Below, piece after piece: positions 50,297 through 60,355 of a stretch of DNA of 64,000 bases; the first letter of the stretch is position 1; each line of letters opens with the position of its first letter. The stretch lies in the sequence record PV754031.1. One strand, 5' to 3'. The position numbers and the translations under genes are program-made. The notes under the pieces were generated by a model, which was given only the letters and a program-made list of their open reading frames with translations, made no database searches and was not told the origin of the DNA.

Positions 50297-51685
50297 ATGT
50301 ATAATCCTATTTTACAATTACCATTTGATCCATTAGGTACAAATCCAGATTGTTTCATTGGTAGTGAACCACATACTCTAGTTCAGTATCAAGGGTTCGA
50401 CTATAGAATCATCAAATTATATCATGGTGGATTCTATACAAAAGGGTTAGAAGTTTATGATGGTAAATATAATCGTTTAGTTAAAGATATCGATTACATT
50501 GTTACTTATTATCATAAAGATGCTAGTGCATATGTTGGTCAAGAAATATGCTCAGCAATTGTTTTCTTAAAAACACCTAGTACACCAATAGTGTATACTT
50601 CAGCTCACATGGTTGGTGGTGACCTAGCTTTTAGTTTCACAGTTATTGATGATTATATTAACTGGTGGAAAACAAATGGTAAACCAAAGCCAAAAGACCT
50701 TGACTACACTGGTAATGAACCATACTGGAAAGATGGTGAGTTAGTTGGTGAACGATGGCATCTTGATACATATCAGCCTTACAATAATGAGATGGAGTGG
50801 ATAACACAAGCACTCATGGCTGGCGATACAAATGGTGAAGATAAATATCGTAGTAAAGTTAAAGAGATCTATGATGAATTCTTAAAGAAATTTAATGATA
50901 GGCTAGAAAAACATATTCAAGATAAAGCCAATCCGCACAAGATCACTCCAACTAATGTAGAACTAGGTTTAGTTAATAACTTCCCATTGGCTACTCCAGC
51001 CATTGCTCAGCTAGGTCAATCTAATGCGCATTATCTGACACCACAATTAGCATATGGTGTATTAGATGAAATAGCTATAAAACCACTCAATGCTCACATA
51101 GCTCGTCGAGATAATCCACATAAAGTCAAAAATACACATGTACAGTCATATTTGAAAAGTGATTTCGATACACGGGTCACTGGTAAGTATTTAAAGACTG
51201 ATACGGTGGCTAATACCAATATGGTTTATTATAAACCTAAAGGGCAACCTACTGCTACTTTAATGGGTTATAGCGATCTTATTTGGTGGATGCGCAAGAA
51301 CTTTGATACCGATGTGAACTTTACAGCTGGTGATGGCCAGAGTAATGTCATCAATATAAATCGGATTGGTTCTGGTACAATGGGGCAATGGAAAGCACCG
51401 CTCCGTGGGAATGGTATATTTACACATTTTGATCAATTAGCCACAGAGTATTCATTTCCGGTTAAGTTAAAGTTTTATGCACTAGGATTACAACCATCCG
51501 TGCAGGCAGCATTAGATTTCTGTAGAACTAACTTTACTAATCTAGATACATGGCCTATTGGATCTACTGTATTCTTTACTATTAAAGAACAGAAAATCCA
51601 GGCAGCTGGTAACGGATTGATTTTCGTTGATTATACTCCTAACTACGTGTGTTTCCGTTCACAAGGTGGCTGGGTAATTCCATAA
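50297..51685 (+). CDS. Tail-fibre-family protein (gp133-like, 462 aa)
   Basis: Paralogous to gp131 N-terminus (PFDPLGTNP..., NPH repeats). Confidence 0.8.
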   Translation: MYNPILQLPFDPLGTNPDCFIGSEPHTLVQYQGFDYRIIKLYHGGFYTKGLEVYDGKYNRLVKDIDYIVTYYHKDASAYVGQEICSAIVFLKTPSTPIVYTSAHMVGGDLAFSFTVIDDYINWWKTNGKPKPKDLDYTGNEPYWKDGELVGERWHLDTYQPYNNEMEWITQALMAGDTNGEDKYRSKVKEIYDEFLKKFNDRLEKHIQDKANPHKITPTNVELGLVNNFPLATPAIAQLGQSNAHYLTPQLAYGVLDEIAIKPLNAHIARRDNPHKVKNTHVQSYLKSDFDTRVTGKYLKTDTVANTNMVYYKPKGQPTATLMGYSDLIWWMRKNFDTDVNFTAGDGQSNVININRIGSGTMGQWKAPLRGNGIFTHFDQLATEYSFPVKLKFYALGLQPSVQAALDFCRTNFTNLDTWPIGSTVFFTIKEQKIQAAGNGLIFVDYTPNYVCFRSQGGWVIP

Positions 51686-51696
51686 GGATAGTTTAG

Positions 51697-53070
51697 ATGA
51701 ATCCATTACTTTTACCTCTTCCATTTGATGAAACTGGAGAGAGTTATAGTAACCGAACAAAGGGTGAATACCATTCACTAGCAAAACAGAAAGGATTCCC
51801 CTATCGCATCATCGTGATGGATAAGGGTTACTTTTATACTAAAGGAATGGTTATCAGAGATGGTAGGCAAAATGAGTTAAATCCAGAGATGGATTATCAG
51901 TGCACTGGTATTAATCCGGAGGTAATCGAGAAGACTGGACTTGAAGCTTGTTCAGTAATTGTCATTACAAAACAAGATGTCCACGAGGATATTTACATTG
52001 ATGCTCAGATGTGCGGTGGTATATACTGTAACCTTGCGCCTTCCATTTCTGAACATGCTAATGCTCTTTTAAATAATACCCGTAAACCACATTGGTCTAA
52101 TATCTTAGATATTCCTGACCAATTCAAACCTAATGGACATATGCATGCCTATTGGGAACTTTATGGTTTTACACCTAGAGTTGTTAAGTTAAAAGAAATA
52201 ACTGACTTATTAAAGAAAAGCTCATCTGACTCATATGACTCCATTTTAGATGAGTTTAAATATCAATTAAGTCTAATAGAAGCTGATCTGAATACAATTG
52301 AAGCACGGCTTACTACACACATCAATGATACCACCACCAACCCACACCAAACACGTAAAGGGCAGGTGGCATTAGGTAATGTTTATAACGCTGGTATTGC
52401 AACTGAAACACAAGCCAAACAACCAAATGGCGCTATCATGAATGTCTATGCTACGCCATGGTCAATGAAGTTATCTGTTGATACCAATTATACAGTACAG
52501 TATTTAGCCCACGTTAACGATATTACCACTAACCCACACAGGGTAACAGCTGAACAACTAAATACATATACTGTTACCCAAGCTAATATTTTACTAAATC
52601 AAAAATTAGATAAAGGTAAAACAGCTAATACATCTAAACTATTATTTGGTCAAGATGTTTATAGCATGGGTGAAACGGTACGTGCTAAAATGCCTTTAAG
52701 TGTATTGACGACTGGTCGGCTAGCACCTGGCCGGATCGGTAACTCAGCGACTTGGCCAGGTCGTGATTGGACATTAATGCCTAATGGCCAATGGACACAC
52801 TTTGGATTTATATTCAATCGCTTCCAGAAAACAGGGACGATGGTTCACTGGAACAATACTAACTTCAAGTCTATCCAAGAAGCAATTGCTTTCCATAACA
52901 CATACTTCTCAGATCCTGACCAATGGTGGCCTGGTTCACTAGCTATCTGCCATTACGAGCAAGAGTTCGTTATTGGGCATGGTAATGGTACAACAGCTAC
53001 TTCCTATAGGAATACTTTATTCTTACGTAAAGTGGGATCAACGTGGACCAATATAGGGGAACCGGCATAA
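51697..53070 (+). CDS. Tail-fibre-family protein (gp134-like, 457 aa)
   Basis: PFD..G N-terminus, NPH..T..Q repeats. Confidence 0.8.
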   Translation: MNPLLLPLPFDETGESYSNRTKGEYHSLAKQKGFPYRIIVMDKGYFYTKGMVIRDGRQNELNPEMDYQCTGINPEVIEKTGLEACSVIVITKQDVHEDIYIDAQMCGGIYCNLAPSISEHANALLNNTRKPHWSNILDIPDQFKPNGHMHAYWELYGFTPRVVKLKEITDLLKKSSSDSYDSILDEFKYQLSLIEADLNTIEARLTTHINDTTTNPHQTRKGQVALGNVYNAGIATETQAKQPNGAIMNVYATPWSMKLSVDTNYTVQYLAHVNDITTNPHRVTAEQLNTYTVTQANILLNQKLDKGKTANTSKLLFGQDVYSMGETVRAKMPLSVLTTGRLAPGRIGNSATWPGRDWTLMPNGQWTHFGFIFNRFQKTGTMVHWNNTNFKSIQEAIAFHNTYFSDPDQWWPGSLAICHYEQEFVIGHGNGTTATSYRNTLFLRKVGSTWTNIGEPA

Positions 53071-54461
53071 TGATTACTTTTTTACCATTAGATCTAAAAG
53101 CTAAATTGGCTTCTAATTACATTGTAGATGAGGAACACACACTCATTCAAGTTGCTAATAAAACACACCGTGTACTGATGTGTACACATGGTGGTTTCTA
53201 TACAAAGGACTTTAATCTACGTGATAAGAAGACTGGTTTATCTTTAAACAAAGATCAATATAAAACAACCTACCTTTATTCACAGTTATCTGAAATGACT
53301 GGTTTAGAAGTAATGGGTATTGTTGTAGTAACTGATCCTAAAGTTAGTCCTAATGTCCAAGTTACATATAGAGCAGTTGGTGGTTTCTTTAGTATTTCAG
53401 CATTAGAACTTAAAGCTGTTTTTGATAAACTTGAATTAGATGAATTAAGTTTCACCTGGGATGATATTATTGGTAAACCCGATGCATATCCACCTGCACC
53501 TCATGGCCATGAATATTGGCAGATTTATGGCACAGATACAATGGTAACCGAATTAAACCGAATAGCACATGCTTATCGGGTCGGTAGAAGTGCTATGGAT
53601 AATGCTGCTGATGATTATTATAAAGTTTATCTTGCTGATGCAAAAACTGCTGTAGATGATTATAGAGATCGGGTTACAGCACACTTAACTGATTATAATA
53701 ATCCACATGCCGATGATCGGTTCAAGTTAATTCCACCGCTTGATAAGATATCTAACTGGGGTTTTGCTACTGAAGCTGAGTCAGTTAATAGAAATATAAA
53801 TAATAAATACATGCCAATTGGTGGTATTTATCGTATTCTTAATATTGATACATTGGCTAAACTTGCATCACATATTAAAAACTTTAATAACCCACATGTT
53901 GTCACAGCTGACCAAGTTGGATCATATACCAAACCAGTAATGGATTCTAAAATATCTCCATTGTTAGGTATCAATGAACAAGCAGCTAATGCAACTACTA
54001 TTGGTGCTACTACCAATAGTCAGGGTTATCCAGTTGCTGGAACAGGTAAGGTATATCAGAATTTCTGGAATGATGTTCGAAAAGATATTCCAGCTGAAGA
54101 GGTAACTAGCGGTGTATTTAAATGGGGTGCATTAGGTAAAGGTAATGCATCAATATTAAATGATCCTGAAAGATATTATCTCGCAAGCGATGGTACTTGG
54201 CAAGACTGGGTTGAAGCTTTTAAAGAGTGGAACAAAGATAAGATTAAAGCTATTACCTTAGGCCAGGTAAATAGTGAAGCAGAAGCATTAAACACGTTAA
54301 ATACGATGTTTACCGATAATACCAAATATCCTGAAGGCACTTACGCTGTTGTAGGTGTTAGAACCAATACCCCCTTTGAAGCCTATTATTACCAGCAATA
54401 TGTAGCAATTAGAAATAATGGTACATGGCGTTGGATGATTCGAGCTGGAGCACTTGTATAA
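53070..54461 (+). CDS. Tail-fibre-family protein (gp135-like, 463 aa)
   Basis: Start refined to TAATG overlap at 53070 (AGGGG SD); NPH repeats. Confidence 0.8.
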   Translation: MITFLPLDLKAKLASNYIVDEEHTLIQVANKTHRVLMCTHGGFYTKDFNLRDKKTGLSLNKDQYKTTYLYSQLSEMTGLEVMGIVVVTDPKVSPNVQVTYRAVGGFFSISALELKAVFDKLELDELSFTWDDIIGKPDAYPPAPHGHEYWQIYGTDTMVTELNRIAHAYRVGRSAMDNAADDYYKVYLADAKTAVDDYRDRVTAHLTDYNNPHADDRFKLIPPLDKISNWGFATEAESVNRNINNKYMPIGGIYRILNIDTLAKLASHIKNFNNPHVVTADQVGSYTKPVMDSKISPLLGINEQAANATTIGATTNSQGYPVAGTGKVYQNFWNDVRKDIPAEEVTSGVFKWGALGKGNASILNDPERYYLASDGTWQDWVEAFKEWNKDKIKAITLGQVNSEAEALNTLNTMFTDNTKYPEGTYAVVGVRTNTPFEAYYYQQYVAIRNNGTWRWMIRAGALV

Positions 54462-55063
54462 TGAACAATCCGTTATCACTCCAAGAACTATCTTTAGCTA
54501 CTGCACCTACTGAAGATAAAGTAAAAGTACTATTAATGTTTAACCGTACATCTGAGGTATTCCTACAAAGCGTGGGTTATCTACCTTTAGATGCATTTGA
54601 TGCTAAGTCACGTGAGCACACTATTTTTGTTGAAGCAGAAATGGGTACTTATGATGTGGTCGTAAGTAATACACCTGGTAAACAACCTACACTTTCTGAT
54701 TGGAAGATTGTTCCTAAAGAAGAAGCACCACAAGTGATTACTGAAGATCACTTAAATAGTAAAGTAGCTTACAAAATTACTGAACGCTATCCAGTGACTG
54801 AGCAAATCAATATCCTTGCACGTGCAATTAAAAAGCTAGCTGAAAAATATGGTCAAGAGTTAGATGAACTAGAAGAAATGCTTGATTATATTGATCTTGT
54901 TAAACGAACTAATCGTGCGCATAAGGAGGCCCTAATTGAGAGCCCAGACGTTATCTATAAATCCAGGGAAGATCTCGACGCTGAGAAAGCACATCGATAT
55001 GCAGGTGGCCTGCATGAGCTTATCGGCCCACGAAAGATCGACCAAGGACGTGTTTTCAGCTGA
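54461..55063 (+). CDS. Putative tail-fibre assembly/chaperone-like protein (200 aa)
   Basis: Start refined to TAATG overlap at 54461; ITERYP..EQINIL...EM..YI..V segment resembles fibre chaperones (inference). Confidence 0.55.
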   Translation: MNNPLSLQELSLATAPTEDKVKVLLMFNRTSEVFLQSVGYLPLDAFDAKSREHTIFVEAEMGTYDVVVSNTPGKQPTLSDWKIVPKEEAPQVITEDHLNSKVAYKITERYPVTEQINILARAIKKLAEKYGQELDELEEMLDYIDLVKRTNRAHKEALIESPDVIYKSREDLDAEKAHRYAGGLHELIGPRKIDQGRVFS

Positions 55064-55496
55064 ATTTGCAGCTGACCTTGTATCTTATCTGGATACACTG
55101 GAAGATTCCTGGTGGTTTAATCGGAAAAAAATTAATAGTATCCCAACCAAAGGTATCACTGAATGTGATTATTGGTTTTTAGGTCATAACCAAATGCCAG
55201 TAGAATTACGGGAATTACTATTTCATATTGCACCTAAGGTAGAAGGTGCTTGGTTAGGCGAAGTACTAATCAATCGATATGAAATTGGTACAGGTATGCC
55301 TGAGCACATCGACCAAGCTGTTTATCGTTACAACATGGTTATTGCATTAAATGACAATGGCGATGGTATAATGATCAATGGTGAGTTTTATCAGGATGTA
55401 CCAGGTAGGGCTACTATTTTTCCAATCCGTTCAGAGCCACATGAGGTCCCTCCAGTTAAAAATAAAAGATACGTCCTTATATATCTCTACGAGTAG
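54936..55496 (+). CDS. 2OG-Fe(II) dioxygenase-like protein
   Basis: TTG start with AAGGAGG SD; H-x-D (EHID), distal H (PHEV) and R (KRY) in double-stranded beta-helix context. Confidence 0.7.
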   Translation: MRAQTLSINPGKISTLRKHIDMQVACMSLSAHERSTKDVFSAEFAADLVSYLDTLEDSWWFNRKKINSIPTKGITECDYWFLGHNQMPVELRELLFHIAPKVEGAWLGEVLINRYEIGTGMPEHIDQAVYRYNMVIALNDNGDGIMINGEFYQDVPGRATIFPIRSEPHEVPPVKNKRYVLIYLYE

Positions 55497-55504
55497 GGTA
55501 CAAC

Positions 55505-55993
55505 ATGGCAATTAAACTTAAGACTCTATCTAAGACAGAACTAAAAACATTAACAAAGCTTAAAGGTGAAGTTTCATTTAGAGACTCATATGGCCACCGT
55601 ATGCGAGTTGGCACTAATGGCCTTAAAGCATGTAGTGTTTATAATACTTCAAAATGGTTTAATTGGACTGCTAAACAGCGTAAAGAAATTAAACCAATTT
55701 TAGGCGAAGAACTATTTAACAAAGCATTACAAGTATGGTTTTTAGATTTCCCCAAAATAGATGGATTTCTAGATGAGATGAATTATTGGGTAGATAAACC
55801 CGAGTCCGGTACTATTCTTGCTTGGAATATTGGACCTGATGCTAAGTTCATTTTAGATGGCGAAGAACTATTAATTGGAAAAGGTGAAGGATTAGTATTT
55901 CATCTATCCCAATTACATGAAGTAAAACGTTCCCATAATGGACAATCATGGATCTGTGTAATGGTACGTGGTGCTCCTGAAAAATTTGCTTAA
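55505..55993 (+). CDS. Cupin/2OG-Fe(II) oxygenase-like paralog with altered metal triad
   Basis: GEGLVFHLSQLHEV aligns with GRATIFPIRSEPHEV of upstream gene; FLDE in place of H-x-D. Confidence 0.55.
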   Translation: MAIKLKTLSKTELKTLTKLKGEVSFRDSYGHRMRVGTNGLKACSVYNTSKWFNWTAKQRKEIKPILGEELFNKALQVWFLDFPKIDGFLDEMNYWVDKPESGTILAWNIGPDAKFILDGEELLIGKGEGLVFHLSQLHEVKRSHNGQSWICVMVRGAPEKFA

Positions 55994-56002
55994 CAGCATA
56001 AA

Positions 56003-56022
56003 TCCCCTCCACATGGAGGGGA
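56003..56022 (+). terminator. Hairpin TCCCCTCC-ACAT-GGAGGGGA
   Basis: 8-bp stem after stop. Confidence 0.7.
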
Positions 56023-56058
56023 ACTCTTACAAATTTACTCAATAGTACAGTGTACTAA

Positions 56059-56985
<927 letters not shown>

Positions 56986-56987
56986 AT

Positions 56988-57551
56988 ATGCTTAAGCTTC
57001 CAGCGAGTGATGAGCCATTTCGGGTACTAGCATTAGACCCTGGTTCACAAAACCTCGGCATAGCTATTCTGGAAGATAAGTTGGATGGAAGTAATAAGGT
57101 GGTACGTAATGCATTTACTTGCCACCTTAAAGATACAAATCCGGCATATGCTGCCATTTCCGAGGTTCATGGTAGTAGATTCACTAGAATGCAGCAAATG
57201 AGTGATGTGGTACTAAATATACTGCATACAGAAAAGCCACATGCAGTGATTGTAGAATCTAACTATCTTGGTAAGTTTGCCCAAAGCTTCGCTGTACTTG
57301 TAGAATGTGTAACCTATGTACATAGAGCATTATACGAGTATGATAGATTTATACCTTTATACATGATTGATCCGACCACAGTTAAGATCAATGCTGGTAT
57401 GAAAAAAGTAAAGGGTACTACTAAAGACGATGTTAAAGAAGCAATGCGCTCTCGTACTGATATCACATGGAACATCGACATAGATAGTCTAGATGATCAC
57501 TCTATGGATGCTTGTGCGATAGCTTACTACTACCTTACTAGGATTGTTTAA
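56988..57551 (+). CDS. ruvC: RuvC-like Holliday junction resolvase (gp140-like)
   Basis: LALDPG, VIVES and DDHSMDACAIA acidic catalytic motifs. Confidence 0.88.
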   Translation: MLKLPASDEPFRVLALDPGSQNLGIAILEDKLDGSNKVVRNAFTCHLKDTNPAYAAISEVHGSRFTRMQQMSDVVLNILHTEKPHAVIVESNYLGKFAQSFAVLVECVTYVHRALYEYDRFIPLYMIDPTTVKINAGMKKVKGTTKDDVKEAMRSRTDITWNIDIDSLDDHSMDACAIAYYYLTRIV

Positions 57552-57566
57552 CAATTCGAGGCAACA

Positions 57567-58073
57567 ATGTTCCTATTAGCAGGTATACGAAAAATAATTG
57601 GTAGTGTGCCATTGCATATATGGTTACTATTAGTTATTCTGATAGGTGCCTTAATTGGTATCATATATTACAAAAATAGTTATGAGACGGAACTTGTTCG
57701 CTCTACAGATTTAATTGGAAAAATTAAATCTTATGAAGCGGCAGAAAAGGTTAGGATTGAATCAGACCGTATCTCCGATAAAATTCAAGCTGAACTAATT
57801 ACTAAAAAGAAAGAGATACAAAAAGAGCAGGCGCAATCACGCACTGAGGTGATTGATGAGTACATTAGTTTATCAGGTCGTGGATATACTCCCCCTGTAT
57901 GGCCTGAGGTTAAAGCTAAAACAACTAATGGGGAAAGTACCACTACTGAGATTAAACATGAAACTGACACAAAAAAAGATAGCATTAATAAGTCTATTAA
58001 TGTTATTGCTAAACGGATGTACGAGCACTACTGTGCCGCCTCCCGTGAAAATACCAGTTGCAATCCCAAGTAG
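57567..58073 (+). CDS. Inner-membrane spanin (Rz-like, i-spanin)
   Basis: N-terminal TM helix, coiled-coil periplasmic part, two C-terminal Cys; GAGG SD. Confidence 0.75.
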   Translation: MFLLAGIRKIIGSVPLHIWLLLVILIGALIGIIYYKNSYETELVRSTDLIGKIKSYEAAEKVRIESDRISDKIQAELITKKKEIQKEQAQSRTEVIDEYISLSGRGYTPPVWPEVKAKTTNGESTTTEIKHETDTKKDSINKSINVIAKRMYEHYCAASRENTSCNPK

Positions 58074-58320
58074 TTTGCTTCTCCCTTGTGATGTAGAAGC
58101 CCCACCTACAGCTAATGAGATCATCAATGCATTAGATAGATATAAAGCTGTTGGGGTTACTGATGAGAATGAAGCACGTTTCTTACTTATGACCGAACAT
58201 TGGCTTTTACAAACTGATGCACTTGGACTATGTAATATCCAAGTAGACAAATTGCGTGAATGGAACGAACGTCAACGTAATTTGGAGAATAGTCATGACC
58301 CTAGAGGACGTTCTGATTGA
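57958..58320 (+). CDS. Outer-membrane lipoprotein spanin (Rz1-like, o-spanin), 120 aa
   Basis: ATG 57958 in +1 frame inside the i-spanin; MKLTQKKIALISLLMLLLNG-C signal peptide with lipobox; Pro-rich linker; two further Cys. Confidence 0.8.
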   Translation: MKLTQKKIALISLLMLLLNGCTSTTVPPPVKIPVAIPSSLLLPCDVEAPPTANEIINALDRYKAVGVTDENEARFLLMTEHWLLQTDALGLCNIQVDKLREWNERQRNLENSHDPRGRSD

Positions 58321-58690
58321 GATCGATGGTAATCCTTTATCTTCTTCTAAAGACTATGGAAAGAAGATACGTACCTATTTAAATAGTGTATTGGAAAAGG
58401 AACAACGTATAAATCTAAGTATAACTGGTGAGGAAGTACTTAGTCTAATTTATGCTATTACCGATTCAGATCTTCAATATAAAATTCTCAGCCGGGAAAT
58501 TGCTGAAGTGAAGGCTAAAGATTCTTACCGTAATGCGGTATTGGTATTAGCTGGTGGTGTTACTCTTATTGGGGCATCAGTATCTACTATGGTGGTTTTA
58601 TCTGGTGCACCTATGTCAGAAGAAAGTGCCAATGTGTTAAAGACTATTGTGCAAGGTACCTTTGAATTAATAAAGATGCTTATGCAATAA
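58295..58690 (+). CDS. Membrane protein, holin candidate (131 aa)
   Basis: ATG 58295 with GGAG SD; hydrophobic AVLVLAGGVTLIGASVSTMVVL segment; located between spanins and endolysin. Confidence 0.45.
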   Translation: MTLEDVLIEIDGNPLSSSKDYGKKIRTYLNSVLEKEQRINLSITGEEVLSLIYAITDSDLQYKILSREIAEVKAKDSYRNAVLVLAGGVTLIGASVSTMVVLSGAPMSEESANVLKTIVQGTFELIKMLMQ

Positions 58691-58700
58691 AAACTATAAT

Positions 58701-58725
58701 AGCCTTCCTCTTGAAGAGGAAGGCT
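58701..58725 (+). terminator. Hairpin AGCCTTCCTCT-TGA-AGAGGAAGGCT
   Basis: 11-bp stem followed by TT. Confidence 0.75.
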
Positions 58726-58772
58726 TTATAATGCTATGTGGATTAAACATTTTACCACTATAGAGGTTTGAC

Positions 58773-59306
58773 ATGCAGGATATCTTTCCGTATGACATGG
58801 CATCGAGGGACGCGCTAGTAAAACTTGCGCGGGATGATTTAAAAATAAACTTCAAACCAGAAACAGTTACATTTGAAGATATGTTTTTTAGTCCAACCAC
58901 GATTGAGCCTGGACGTACATTTATTGAAATGATCGACATTACTACTGACATTAAGTACATGTTAACTTACCGTCGGTTAGATTTTGCTGATCCACGAGCT
59001 ATTGGTGAAGGATCTATCCTTAAGATAGTTGGTACTTTAACACCTAAAGCAATTGCTGAAGAAATCAACCGTTCACGGGGTTGGAAGCTTGGACCAGATG
59101 ATGTTTCATTTGATACAACACCAATCAATGCAACTACGGATGTTGTTCCATACACGATAGTAGCTATGTCGAGTAGTTATGCTTACTATGGTGAATGTAA
59201 TATACTAATTCAACGTATTGATGATACATCGGATACTATCCGGCTATTAGAGAATGGCGCAGCACGTTATCTAGAAAATGGGACTATCCGTTATCTAGAA
59301 AGTTAA
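58773..59306 (+). CDS. Virion structural protein (gp143-like, 177 aa) ending in RLLENG-x2-RYLENG-x2-RYLES repeat
   Basis: GAGG SD; domain shared with gp126/gp127-like; C-terminal repeat. Confidence 0.7.
   Translation: MQDIFPYDMASRDALVKLARDDLKINFKPETVTFEDMFFSPTTIEPGRTFIEMIDITTDIKYMLTYRRLDFADPRAIGEGSILKIVGTLTPKAIAEEINRSRGWKLGPDDVSFDTTPINATTDVVPYTIVAMSSSYAYYGECNILIQRIDDTSDTIRLLENGAARYLENGTIRYLES
59265..59294 (+). repeat. 30-nt exact direct repeat, copy 2
   Basis: Identical to 33613-33642. Confidence 0.95.
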
Positions 59307-59328
59307 GTAATACCCTCAATGAACCTAA

Positions 59329-60150
<822 letters not shown>

Positions 60151-60233
60151 GATGTAGCAATAGAATGGAGTCTATGGTATCATGTGAAACTTCCCCTCAT
60201 GATAAACCACATCTTGTGTCAATGTAACTTTTT

Positions 60234-60253
60234 GAGAGTCCTTCGGGACTCTC
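60234..60253 (+). terminator. Hairpin GAGAGTCC-TTCG-GGACTCTC plus TTATG
   Basis: 8-bp stem, UUCG loop. Confidence 0.85.
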
Positions 60254-60355
60254 TTATGTTGTTAAAATATTACTCATTAGCAATAGTACATTACTGTATG
60301 AGTCTTCTTCGAAAGACTAACATGTTAGTGTTTCTTATACAGCAAGGAAATAAAA

